Source of the DNA: Nitrospirota bacterium
GTDB taxonomy: Bacteria > Nitrospirota > Thermodesulfovibrionia > UBA6902 > JACROP01
DNA: 40,649 nucleotides
NCBI GenBank assembly: GCA_016214385.1
Contig: JACROP010000158.1
Span: forward strand, 1 to 40,649
Direction of reading: 5' to 3'
Numbering within the stretch: the stretch's first letter is position 1; every line of letters begins with the position of its first letter. The translations under genes and the position numbers were made by a program. Below, piece after piece: positions 25,108 to 33,667 of the stretch. The notes beneath the pieces are model-generated. The model saw only the letters and a program-made list of their open reading frames with translations, was not told the DNA's origin and did not search any database.

Positions 25108-26904
25108 TTAATGATACTTCTCGCCTTCCTTTAGACTTTTATACTTCTTTTCTTCCTTAGAATAGAGGCGTTTATTCTTTACCTGTGGTATTGAGAAATT
25201 ACCTTTAACCTGCCACTTATCCTTCAGGTAATACCACGGCGCAAAGCTTGAGGTCTTCCAGCCTTCTTTGACCTTTATCTCTGTTGTAGCCTGCATATCC
25301 TTTATGAATAAACCCTTTTTATTGGCTACTACAGTATGTTTTCCGTCAAAGGGTTCTGCACCCTGGTCTGAAAATTTCCACGAAACCTCTTGTCTTTGCT
25401 CTCCACCCTTTGTGTGGCAGCTTTCGCACTTCCTTGATTTGCCATATTTGTGAGACATCTTGTCCATCTGTATCCACGCAAGGACATTGTCATTTTCAGG
25501 CATCCCTTTCAGTAGCCCAACAAATGCATAGGCATCATCTGTCCTTTCAAGGTCAGGGAGATTTAAAGGGTATCTCCATGCAAGCCCGAGTTTAAGTCCC
25601 CCTGCAGATTTCTGGTTCATTGCAGCCATTGCATAGGGCTTTACAGGTATCCATCTTCCTTTCTGGTCTTTGATAAGAATGGGCTCTTTCATTACACCAT
25701 AATAGTCTTTATACTTTTTGAAAGGCGTAGCAACACCACCAACCTTACCAGGTCCCCAGAATGTGCCGGTATAACCACCAACATCCTGGATATGGCATGC
25801 CTCACATGAGAGTTTTTTGTGAATAGATTTTGAGACTGCCTTCACAGCAGGCTCATGGCACTTGTTACATTTAGCCTGCCTCTTTACCTGTCCATGCAGG
25901 AGTTTTTTATTCTTAGCCGCAGTCTCATGACAGTCTGTGCAGAGGAGCCCCTTTGAATAATGCACATCAGGGGTTAATCCCTTTGGATTTGAATAATCTC
26001 CTGCTATGTAGCCAGCTCCCCTCCTTCTGTCCTCAGGCCCTGCATGGCATATGGAACCCCTTCCACCACCATAGCAAGTCTGGGGAGATGGAGCCTTTGT
26101 GAATGTATGAGATCCCATCCTGGGGTTGTTCGGGTCTTTCTTGCCTGGTTTGTAGTGACAGTCAAGGCAGCCCACATGGCATGTGTTACACGCCTTCTGG
26201 TTAATCTTAGCCATTTCCTGTGTGTAGGGGACAGATGTGTTTTTTGCTATCTCAGCTTGACTATCCACAAACCATAGACCGCAATTATGGGGTCCCCTTT
26301 TCTTATCGGTCCATATCTTATACTGGCTCTGCTTTGCATTGTGACCCATGGCGGTCTTCTTGAATTCCTCCATCTGCTTTTGGTGGCAGATGCCACAGGT
26401 CTTTTCCTGAACAGAGTAATCATAAGAGAGGGTATCAGGGTTTTTGTCATGAAATAAAATTGTGTTTACCTCTGGGTCTTTTACCTGTTTTCCTTCTTTT
26501 TCAACCATTGGCAAAAGGTCAATCATTTGATTTTTCCCTCTTGGCTCCAGAGACTCAGGCGCAAATTTCTTAAGTTTATCCCTTGTCACTGCTTCGAATC
26601 CCTTCGTCTTCACATAGTAGAGCCTGAGTATTCCCTTATGTGCGCCTTCCCTGGTATTGTCCTTTGGATTTCCGAGGTGACAGTCTGTGCATGAGGCAGG
26701 CATACCTGTCTGCTTGGCAACCTCCTCCTGGGTCATTGTGAATTGCGGAAAACCCAGCTCTTTCATCTTAGCTGCATTACTATGGCACTCAAGACAGCTA
26801 TTGACATCCTGAGGCTTTTGCTGCGCAGTGGTTTTACTGCTGACAATGAGTAATGAGATAATACCCAGTGTCAGGACAAAAAATATTAATATCGATTTCC
26901 TCAT
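25108..26904 (-). CDS. Secreted multihaem cytochrome c (9 CXXCH plus one candidate CX8CH)
   Basis: Signal peptide. CLECH, CTDCH, CGICH, CNTCH, CLDCH, CTDCH, CNKCH, CEACH, CESCH, plus CYGGGRGSICH. SD AAGGAGGGG. Confidence 0.85.
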   Translation of the reverse strand: MRKSILIFFVLTLGIISLLIVSSKTTAQQKPQDVNSCLECHSNAAKMKELGFPQFTMTQEEVAKQTGMPASCTDCHLGNPKDNTREGAHKGILRLYYVKTKGFEAVTRDKLKKFAPESLEPRGKNQMIDLLPMVEKEGKQVKDPEVNTILFHDKNPDTLSYDYSVQEKTCGICHQKQMEEFKKTAMGHNAKQSQYKIWTDKKRGPHNCGLWFVDSQAEIAKNTSVPYTQEMAKINQKACNTCHVGCLDCHYKPGKKDPNNPRMGSHTFTKAPSPQTCYGGGRGSICHAGPEDRRRGAGYIAGDYSNPKGLTPDVHYSKGLLCTDCHETAAKNKKLLHGQVKRQAKCNKCHEPAVKAVSKSIHKKLSCEACHIQDVGGYTGTFWGPGKVGGVATPFKKYKDYYGVMKEPILIKDQKGRWIPVKPYAMAAMNQKSAGGLKLGLAWRYPLNLPDLERTDDAYAFVGLLKGMPENDNVLAWIQMDKMSHKYGKSRKCESCHTKGGEQRQEVSWKFSDQGAEPFDGKHTVVANKKGLFIKDMQATTEIKVKEGWKTSSFAPWYYLKDKWQVKGNFSIPQVKNKRLYSKEEKKYKSLKEGEKYH

Positions 26905-26940
26905 TTCCCCTCCTTAATCAATTAATCGTTTTGTCAAAAC

Positions 26941-27014
26941 TTAACCACAGAGAACACAGAGTTCACAGAGAAAAGTGTAAAGAAAAATTGTAACTCTGTG
27001 ACCTCTGTGGTTAA
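26941..27014 (-). repeat. Long inverted repeat built from CACAGAG units in the cytochrome 5' UTR
   Basis: ttaaccacagag (26941-26952) pairs perfectly with ctctgtggttaa (27003-27014). Inner gttcacagag pairs with ctctgtgac. Lies between the sigma-54 promoter and the RBS. Confidence 0.7.
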
Positions 27015-27031
27015 ATCTCCACTTAAAAATA

Positions 27032-27047
27032 AGCAAGGGTAATGCCA
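27032..27047 (-). promoter_or_regulatory. Sigma-54 (-24/-12) promoter TGGCAT-N5-TTGCT driving the cytochrome gene
   Basis: The minus strand reads TGGCATTACCCTTGCT with the canonical GG-N10-GC spacing, ~125 nt upstream of ATG 26904. A sigma-54 activator gene lies next door. Confidence 0.6.
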
Positions 27048-27100
27048 TCTTGAGAATGTAAGATTTTCAAGGACTTATCTTTTAATAAATATCGGGATAA

Positions 27101-27208
27101 ATGCAAAATGCATCGAATAATCTTAGAAGCAGCGACGGAGAGGATTGACAATAAAGATAATTTCTCGGAGTGCATTATGCAATCAATAAATTGCAATCTG
27201 CAATGTGC
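27101..27208. promoter_or_regulatory. Candidate enhancer (UAS) palindromes for the NtrC-type activator
   Basis: ATGCAaaaTGCAT (27101-27113), TGCAAT-caataa-ATTGCA (27178-27195) and further TGCAAT/TGCATT copies, 55-160 nt upstream of the -24 element. Confidence 0.35.
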
Positions 27209-27302
27209 TCCCATCTTTATCACCTTAAAATACCACAGAATAATTTTTGTATGATTTAGTGTAGGGTTTAGGTAAGCTATGTGCTGGAAATAAGAGGGGA
27301 AA

Positions 27303-27479
27303 TTGGTTAGAGGAAATATATGTTATAGATGCGGTAAGGATTTAGACAAATGGTATGTTGAAGAAGGAGATTTAGTAATTAGTAGAGAAAAGATGGTCTG
27401 TCCCAATTGTGGCTGGGAATTAGAGGGTGCAATGGAATTTCACGAAATTGAAACTGAAGAAGAATCCAACGGCTCCTAA
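27303..27479 (+). CDS. Possible small zinc-ribbon protein (58 aa, TTG start), not in the ORF track
   Basis: Own translation: LVRGNICYRCGKDLDKWYVEEGDLVISREKMVCPNCGWELEGAMEFHEIETEEESNGS. Two CxxC pairs, acidic tail, GAGGGG just upstream of the TTG. Confidence 0.3.
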   Translation: MVRGNICYRCGKDLDKWYVEEGDLVISREKMVCPNCGWELEGAMEFHEIETEEESNGS

Positions 27480-27502
27480 TTTTGTGCGAATCTTACCTTA
27501 GG

Positions 27503-28861
27503 TCAAATGTTATATCTCCTGATTTTTCTCCACAGTGTTGTCTTATCTATTCCGAGAAGCTCTGCCGCCCTATTTCTGTCTCCATCTGTCTCTTTCAAAA
27601 TCCGGAGGATATGTTCTTTCTCTAATTCTTTGAGCGTAGGTATTCTTCTTATATTTTTAGCATCACCTCTCTTAAGGATATAGGCTGGAAGGTCGCTGAC
27701 TTCTATGGTATCGCCGTCCATAAGGGTTATAGCCCTTTCTATCACATTCTCCAGCTCTCTAATATTCCCTTTCCATTCATATCCCATCAACACTTTCAGA
27801 ACATCTTCTGTAACCCCTTTTATCTCTTTTCCATAATAGTGATTGAATTTTTTTATAAAGTGGTTAATCAAAAGGGGGATGTCTTCCCTTCTCTCCCTGA
27901 GCGGAGGCAATGATATAGTAACGACATTAAGCCTGTGAAACAGGTCTTCCCTGAATCTACCATCTTCAACGAGTCTCTCAATATCCTGATTTGTGGCTGA
28001 AATGAATCTCACATCCACTTTTACCTCTACAGTGCCACCTACCCTGAAGAAATTCTTTTCCTGAATCACCCTGAGGAGCCTTACCTGCATCGGTTCACTT
28101 ATATTTCCAATCTCATCCAGAAATAGCGTCCCTCCATCTGCTGCCTCTATAAGCCCCTTTTTCTGTTCATAAGCGCCGGTGAATGCGCCTTTTTCATGGC
28201 CAAAAAGCTCGTTCTCAAGCAGATTATCCGGTATTGCGCCGCAGTTCACTGCAATAAACCTGTTTTTCCTTCTCGGGCCGTTATAATGTATGGCCCTTGC
28301 TATAAGTTCCTTTCCTGTGCCACTCTCACCGCAGATTATTACATTTGACCTCGACTGTGATATCTTCTTAACGACTTCAAAAACCTGCATCATCCTGGGA
28401 TGCTGGCCTATAATGCTTTCGAAGCTGAATCTCTCGGCCAATTCTTCCTTCAGCAACCTGTTTTCATCAAGGAGTATTTTATTTTCTAATGCCCTTTCGA
28501 CGATGAGCAAAAGCTCATCAGGGTCTATAGGTTTTCTTATATAATCATAGGCACCGAGTTTCATGGCCTCTACTGCACTTTCAACCGTGGAAAAACCCGT
28601 GATCATAATTACATGGGTGTCAGGGGATTTCTTTTTGGTCTCTTTCATTATTTTCATGCCGTCAAATTCAGGCATTTTGAGGTCAGTTATCAGCAGGTCA
28701 TATTTGTCCCTTTCGATCCTCTTGAGTGCCTCTGAGCTGCTTTGTATGATTTCATGTTTGCAGTCGCATTTATTGAGTATCCTCTCGAGGATCGAGCATG
28801 TGACAGGGTCGTCATCCACAGCCAGCACCCTCAGATTCTCATACATGACTGCCTCCATCAC
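27503..28861 (-). CDS. Sigma-54-dependent response regulator (REC, AAA+ and Fis-type HTH; NtrC family)
   Basis: VLAVDDD...DLKMP receiver, GESGTGKE Walker A, GAFTGA sigma-54 contact loop, C-terminal HTH. ATG 28846 is an alternative start. Confidence 0.9.
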   Translation of the reverse strand: MMEAVMYENLRVLAVDDDPVTCSILERILNKCDCKHEIIQSSSEALKRIERDKYDLLITDLKMPEFDGMKIMKETKKKSPDTHVIMITGFSTVESAVEAMKLGAYDYIRKPIDPDELLLIVERALENKILLDENRLLKEELAERFSFESIIGQHPRMMQVFEVVKKISQSRSNVIICGESGTGKELIARAIHYNGPRRKNRFIAVNCGAIPDNLLENELFGHEKGAFTGAYEQKKGLIEAADGGTLFLDEIGNISEPMQVRLLRVIQEKNFFRVGGTVEVKVDVRFISATNQDIERLVEDGRFREDLFHRLNVVTISLPPLRERREDIPLLINHFIKKFNHYYGKEIKGVTEDVLKVLMGYEWKGNIRELENVIERAITLMDGDTIEVSDLPAYILKRGDAKNIRRIPTLKELEKEHILRILKETDGDRNRAAELLGIDKTTLWRKIRRYNI

Positions 28862-30761
28862 AGGGAAGTGTAATGATGCACCTTGTCCCCTCGCCTAATT
28901 CACTTTCTATGTTTATGCTTCCCATGTGTTTTTGCACAATCCCATAACTGACTGCCAGCCCAAGCCCTGTGCCTTCACCAACATCCTTTGTGGTAAAAAA
29001 TGGGTCAAAGACCCGCTTTATGTTTTCCTTTGATATTCCAACACCTGTGTCTGAGATTTCCACTTCAACCCTATTGTCGTATGGCCTGGTTATAACTTTT
29101 ATACTTCCCCCCGTTTCTGTTGCGTGTATAGAATTAAGAATGATATTCGAAAAAACCTGTTGCATCTGTGCCTTATCCACATAAATCATCGGCAGCATTT
29201 TTTCATAATCTCTGTAGACTGTCAGTTTCTTATTTTCAATCTTATATTTCAGGCCATGAATCACCTCATCAATAAGACAGTTAATATCTTCCATACTCTT
29301 ATGCAGTGGGACCTCCCTCGAAAAATTAAGTAGCCCGCTTATTATTCTTTCACATTTCATACCTTCTTTAATTATTGTATCTATGTCTGCCTTTATTGCC
29401 TCTGCGTTATTGTTGCCATTATTAATGTCCTGCTCCAGCAGCCTGGATATTGAGATTATGTTGCCTAAGGGATTATTTATCTCATGGGCGACTCCTGCGG
29501 CTAACTCACCGATAGAGGCGAGTTTCTCTGCCTGACATGCCCTTGCATCTGCCTCCATCCTTTTCTCAATGTTCTCTTTGAGGGCTGTGCTCATCGAGTT
29601 AAAACTCTTTGCCAGTTCTCCTATCTCGTCTCCCGATGATACAGCAATTCTGTGGTCGAGGTTTCCCTCACCTACCTCTTTTACACCTCTCGCTAAAAGA
29701 CTTATTGGCCTTGTCATCGCCCTTGAAAGCAAAACCGCTGCAATACCTACCATTATAAAGGTTACAAGACTCACTGTTACCATAACCTGTCTTTGTTTTA
29801 AAACAGGGCCAAGAACCCTGTCGCCATATGCCATGGTGACAATATACCAGCCCCTCTGCTGTGATTTGTAAGGAGAGTAATAGACATATGCCATGAGGTT
29901 TCCTGAAGATGGGGCCTGAATCACACCCCCATCCCGGGTAATCAATTCTGCCCCATCAGGGTAATCTTCGAAAAAGAGCCTGCCTTTATTTGTCTGATTT
30001 AAAAAACACAGGCCGGCATCAGGATGTGAGAGATATATTCCATGCCGGTGCGGTTCATGAAGGTTCTTTTCAAATATAAAGGAATAGCCATTATCCTTTG
30101 TTATTGTATTATTTATTATCTCTCCAATCCTCTTGCCCCAGATGTTAATAACAATAAATCCGGCCCTTTTGCCATCTCTGTAAAAGATTGGAGTAGAAAG
30201 ACGTATCATCGGAGGGCAGAACTGATTATTATCAACACCGAGCTCGAAGTTTGACATCCACACCTGCCCTTTCTTCAAAGTCATCAGCTTATCGAAAAAT
30301 TCCTTTTCATAGAGGGAACCAACTGTAGTGATGGGTATGTAGGGGTGTGGCTTATTTTTCTCTATAATCTTTAATTCTTTTATCTTGACGAGCACCTGCC
30401 CTTTTGTATCAACCACCCTTATTGCCTGAATAGCCCCCTTGTGCTCCTGGTATCTCAGGAAAAACCTCTCTAATATCTCCCGTTTTCTGTCAAAATCATC
30501 ATAGTTTTCAGACCTCAGAGAATAAAGGAGGGCTTTTAGTATCGGCAGTTGAGCCAATGATAGAACCTCGCCCTCCTGGTCTCTCAAGAAGTTGTCCACC
30601 TCTTTTGATGAGCGGCTGACTGATTCCATCAATTCCTCCTTCACCTTATTGGTAAGGGCGCGGCTGCTGACTGTATAATTAAGAATAAAAATAGTTGTGG
30701 TGGAAACAATTGCTATTCCCAGGAAGACCATAAGGAGCTTCTGCCTTATCTTCAACCTCAT
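28839..30761 (-). CDS. Sensor histidine kinase (periplasmic Cache-like domain, HAMP, HisKA, HATPase)
   Basis: TM, ~300-aa extracytoplasmic domain, TM, HAMP, H-box AAGVAHEINNPL, G-boxes DTGVGI and GTGLGLAV. Start set at MRLKIRQKLL (30761). GTG 30824 remains possible. Confidence 0.85.
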   Translation of the reverse strand: MRLKIRQKLLMVFLGIAIVSTTTIFILNYTVSSRALTNKVKEELMESVSRSSKEVDNFLRDQEGEVLSLAQLPILKALLYSLRSENYDDFDRKREILERFFLRYQEHKGAIQAIRVVDTKGQVLVKIKELKIIEKNKPHPYIPITTVGSLYEKEFFDKLMTLKKGQVWMSNFELGVDNNQFCPPMIRLSTPIFYRDGKRAGFIVINIWGKRIGEIINNTITKDNGYSFIFEKNLHEPHRHGIYLSHPDAGLCFLNQTNKGRLFFEDYPDGAELITRDGGVIQAPSSGNLMAYVYYSPYKSQQRGWYIVTMAYGDRVLGPVLKQRQVMVTVSLVTFIMVGIAAVLLSRAMTRPISLLARGVKEVGEGNLDHRIAVSSGDEIGELAKSFNSMSTALKENIEKRMEADARACQAEKLASIGELAAGVAHEINNPLGNIISISRLLEQDINNGNNNAEAIKADIDTIIKEGMKCERIISGLLNFSREVPLHKSMEDINCLIDEVIHGLKYKIENKKLTVYRDYEKMLPMIYVDKAQMQQVFSNIILNSIHATETGGSIKVITRPYDNRVEVEISDTGVGISKENIKRVFDPFFTTKDVGEGTGLGLAVSYGIVQKHMGSINIESELGEGTRCIITLPCDGGSHV

Positions 30762-30802
30762 AAATCTAACATACACCAGCCTTTGAGAAATTTTCAATTT
30801 TC

Positions 30803-32017
30803 TTAGAGCACATCTAAATTCCACCTCTCCAGTTCTTTTTTAATGGCACTTATATTCCGCTTTTCATCTATGGCCTTGAGCACCTTTCTCCTGTCAGCGG
30901 TGCTCCCATAAAGAATACAGCCGGCAATGACATCCTCTTTAATAACCAGTTTCCTGTAAACATGCCTGTCCCTGTCTTTTTGTATGATACACTCACATTT
31001 GCCTTCAGCATCAATATCTCCAGCAGCAACAAGGTCAATGTTAGCTATTTTCAGAACATTTGATGAGACAGTGCCATTATATCGGGCATTTCCACCAGCC
31101 ATATTTATCCCTGCAATTTCCCCCTGCTTTTCTGATGCAGGCCATATACCGTAAAACATACCTCTGTGCTCGATTATATCTCCAGCAGCGTATATATCAG
31201 AAATCTCTGTTTCAAGCCTGTCATTCACAGGCAAACCCTTGCCGAGCTTGATTCCGAGCCTCTCGACAAGTCCTGCATTGGGCCTTACACCTGCAGAGAT
31301 GATTATTAAATCACAATCTATTTTTCTCCCATCCTCAAGGAGAAGTCCTTCAGCTTTATCGCTTCCGAGAATTTCTTTTGATTTTGCTCCGAGATAAAAA
31401 GTAAATCCCATCTCCTCCATCTGGGTCTTGAGCATCTCTGCTCCTTCGTAATCCATCTGCCTTGGAAGAAGCCTTGAGGAAAACTCAACCACTGCCACAG
31501 GATGCCCTGTCTTTCTCAGGCTATTGCCAGCCTCAAGGCCAAGGACGCCTCCTCCTATGAGGAGAACCTTTTCTGCACTCTTTGCATAATTGCTTATCTC
31601 TATTGCATCCTTCAGGGTTCTGAGTGTAAAGACCCCCTTTTTATCAGCGCCAGGGATCAGAGGGACAAAAGATACACCTCCTGTAGCAATAAGGAGTTTT
31701 TCATATTTAAGCCTCTGCCTCGGTTGTGACTCGTACCGACCTGCTGCTGTAACAACCTCTTTATTATTCCTATCGACCTCCTGTACAGGAGTCTTGAGAA
31801 AAAGACTTATACCATTGCTGTCATACCAGCTCTGCGAATGGATTATCAGACCATTTTCATCGACTTCTCCTGCAAGGTAGTCCATCAGCCTTATCCTGCT
31901 GTAGAATGGGTATTGCTCATCGGTGAGAATGCTTATCTCGCCCTCTTTATCAACCTTGCGGATGTTTGCTGCTGCAGTTGTCCCGGCAACACCGTTACCT
32001 ATAATTACGTATCTCAC
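30803..32017 (-). CDS. NAD(P)H/FAD-dependent pyridine nucleotide-disulfide-family oxidoreductase (rubredoxin reductase / NirB-N-like)
   Basis: VIIGNGVAGTTAA and LLIGGGVLGLEAG dinucleotide motifs, AAGDI motif. Start set at GTG 32017 with GGAGGA upstream. The ORF-track extension would overlap znuB. Confidence 0.8.
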   Translation of the reverse strand: MRYVIIGNGVAGTTAAANIRKVDKEGEISILTDEQYPFYSRIRLMDYLAGEVDENGLIIHSQSWYDSNGISLFLKTPVQEVDRNNKEVVTAAGRYESQPRQRLKYEKLLIATGGVSFVPLIPGADKKGVFTLRTLKDAIEISNYAKSAEKVLLIGGGVLGLEAGNSLRKTGHPVAVVEFSSRLLPRQMDYEGAEMLKTQMEEMGFTFYLGAKSKEILGSDKAEGLLLEDGRKIDCDLIIISAGVRPNAGLVERLGIKLGKGLPVNDRLETEISDIYAAGDIIEHRGMFYGIWPASEKQGEIAGINMAGGNARYNGTVSSNVLKIANIDLVAAGDIDAEGKCECIIQKDRDRHVYRKLVIKEDVIAGCILYGSTADRRKVLKAIDEKRNISAIKKELERWNLDVL

Positions 32018-32042
32018 ATATCCTCCATCTAAAAAGACTGCG

Positions 32043-32843
32043 TTAACCCCTCCGCAATAGGAAAGCCACCGCAAAAATGCATGCTGCAACAATAACAATT
32101 GCACCGCCTGGCGCGAGGTCAAAGGCATAGGAGATGAAAAGCCCTAAAAATGTGGACACAACGCCAACAGTCACTGAGATCAAAAGCATCGCATAAAAAT
32201 TCCTTGTCAAAAGGTGAGCTGTTGCTCCGGGAATTACAAGGAGGGCTGAGACAAGGATGATACCGACTACTTTCATGGAAACTACAATAGTTACTGCCAT
32301 TGAAAGCATAAAGACGGAGTTGACAAAATTAGTAGATATGCCGCTCACCTTAGCCAGCTCCTCATTGAAGGTTATGAAGAGCAGCTCTTTCAAGATTGCA
32401 ACCAATTGAAAAAGGACAACAACAGTCATTACAGCCATTATGATAAGTTCTTCCCTGGAGATTGCAAGAATATTGCCGAAAAGATAACCAAACAGGTCAA
32501 CGTTATATTTTTTAGAAAGTCCGATCAGTAAGATACCGAGGGCCATTGAGGTTGCAAAAAATATTCCGATTAATGTCTCCTCAGGTAATTTCCCCTTTCT
32601 GCTCAACATCTCTATTGCCCACGCTACAGTTATAGTGTAAATCGCTGCCATTATAAGGGGATTGACATCTGCAAATACCCCCAGGGCAATTCCTCCAAAG
32701 GCCGCATGCGAAATGCCAGCACCCATAAATGATACTTTTTTCAAAACGACAAAGACTGAGATAACACCGCACAGCAAACTTACGAGGATACCGGCAACCA
32801 TGGCCTTCTGCATAAATGAGTATGATAAAAGTTCAGCTATCAC
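32043..32843 (-). CDS. znuB: Metal (Zn/Mn-type) ABC transporter permease
   Basis: 266 aa, about 8 TM helices, ABC-3 family look, operon with the ATPase and SBP genes. Confidence 0.8.
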   Translation of the reverse strand: MIAELLSYSFMQKAMVAGILVSLLCGVISVFVVLKKVSFMGAGISHAAFGGIALGVFADVNPLIMAAIYTITVAWAIEMLSRKGKLPEETLIGIFFATSMALGILLIGLSKKYNVDLFGYLFGNILAISREELIIMAVMTVVVLFQLVAILKELLFITFNEELAKVSGISTNFVNSVFMLSMAVTIVVSMKVVGIILVSALLVIPGATAHLLTRNFYAMLLISVTVGVVSTFLGLFISYAFDLAPGGAIVIVAACIFAVAFLLRRG

Positions 32844-33652
32844 TGTGAGTCACCTTCATCACGGATACCCCTGAGCCTGGCACACTTATCGCACACATCA
32901 GTGTGCATAAGGAGGTCTATATTTTTTCCATAGAGCCCTGCAAGGATTTCCTCATTCAGGGCTCCGAGCGGGCTGCCATGATAGTGAAGCGTATGATTCA
33001 GACACGCTATCTCATCAACATAAGCTGTAACCGCTCCTATATCATGAGACACCATGATTATTGTAAGGCCGAGTTTTTTCTGAAGGCCCTTGAGCAGGTG
33101 ATAGAAGTCTTCCTGACCCACAACGTCTATGCCTGTGCTCGGCTCATCGAGGATCAGAATTTTAGGCTCTCCTGAGAGTGCCCTTGCTATGGAAATACGC
33201 TGCTGCTCGCCTCCAGAGAGCCTTCCATAAGGTGTACCAGCATGGGCCTCCATCCCCATTATCCTCAGGAGTGTCATTGCCCTCTCCCTGTCGTCTGAGC
33301 CGGGCCAGCGAAACATCCCTATTCTCTTATACCTGCCCATAAGCACAACATCTATAGCCCTCGCAGGGAAGTTGCTATCAATCTTAAGGCCCTGCGGGAG
33401 ATAGCCGAAAATGCTGTCTCTTTTTATAATTTCATCTGGCGTCCTGCCAAAAACCGCAATTGAACCGCTGTCAGGCTTTATCAGTGCAAGGATTACTTTC
33501 AGCAGGGTTGTCTTTCCACCGCCATTCGGGCCAACTATACCGAGAAACAATCCAGCATCAAGGCTGAGATTAATGCCTTTAAGGACTTCTCTTCCTCCAA
33601 GCCGCACACCGAGATTATTTATCCCTATTGCTTTTGTATCTGTCTTGCCCAT
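32840..33652 (-). CDS. znuC: Metal ABC transporter ATP-binding protein
   Basis: GPNGGGKTTL Walker A, LSGGEQQR signature, ILILDEP Walker B. Confidence 0.88.
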   Translation of the reverse strand: MGKTDTKAIGINNLGVRLGGREVLKGINLSLDAGLFLGIVGPNGGGKTTLLKVILALIKPDSGSIAVFGRTPDEIIKRDSIFGYLPQGLKIDSNFPARAIDVVLMGRYKRIGMFRWPGSDDRERAMTLLRIMGMEAHAGTPYGRLSGGEQQRISIARALSGEPKILILDEPSTGIDVVGQEDFYHLLKGLQKKLGLTIIMVSHDIGAVTAYVDEIACLNHTLHYHGSPLGALNEEILAGLYGKNIDLLMHTDVCDKCARLRGIRDEGDSQ

Positions 33653-33667
33653 TTTTATCTGTGTTTA

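Noticed and set aside
27199-27213. Second sigma-54-like site TGGGAGCACATTGCA on the minus strand
   Set aside because: The GG to GC spacing is one base short of the canonical N10. It is more likely part of the TGCAAT enhancer cluster.
27023-27223. 66-aa minus-strand ORF
   Set aside because: It overlaps the -24/-12 promoter and the palindromic UAS region, has no RBS, and its composition is implausible.
32018-32128. N-terminal extension of the FAD oxidoreductase ORF
   Set aside because: It would overlap znuB by 86 nt. GTG 32017, with GGAGGA upstream, starts right at the Rossmann fold.
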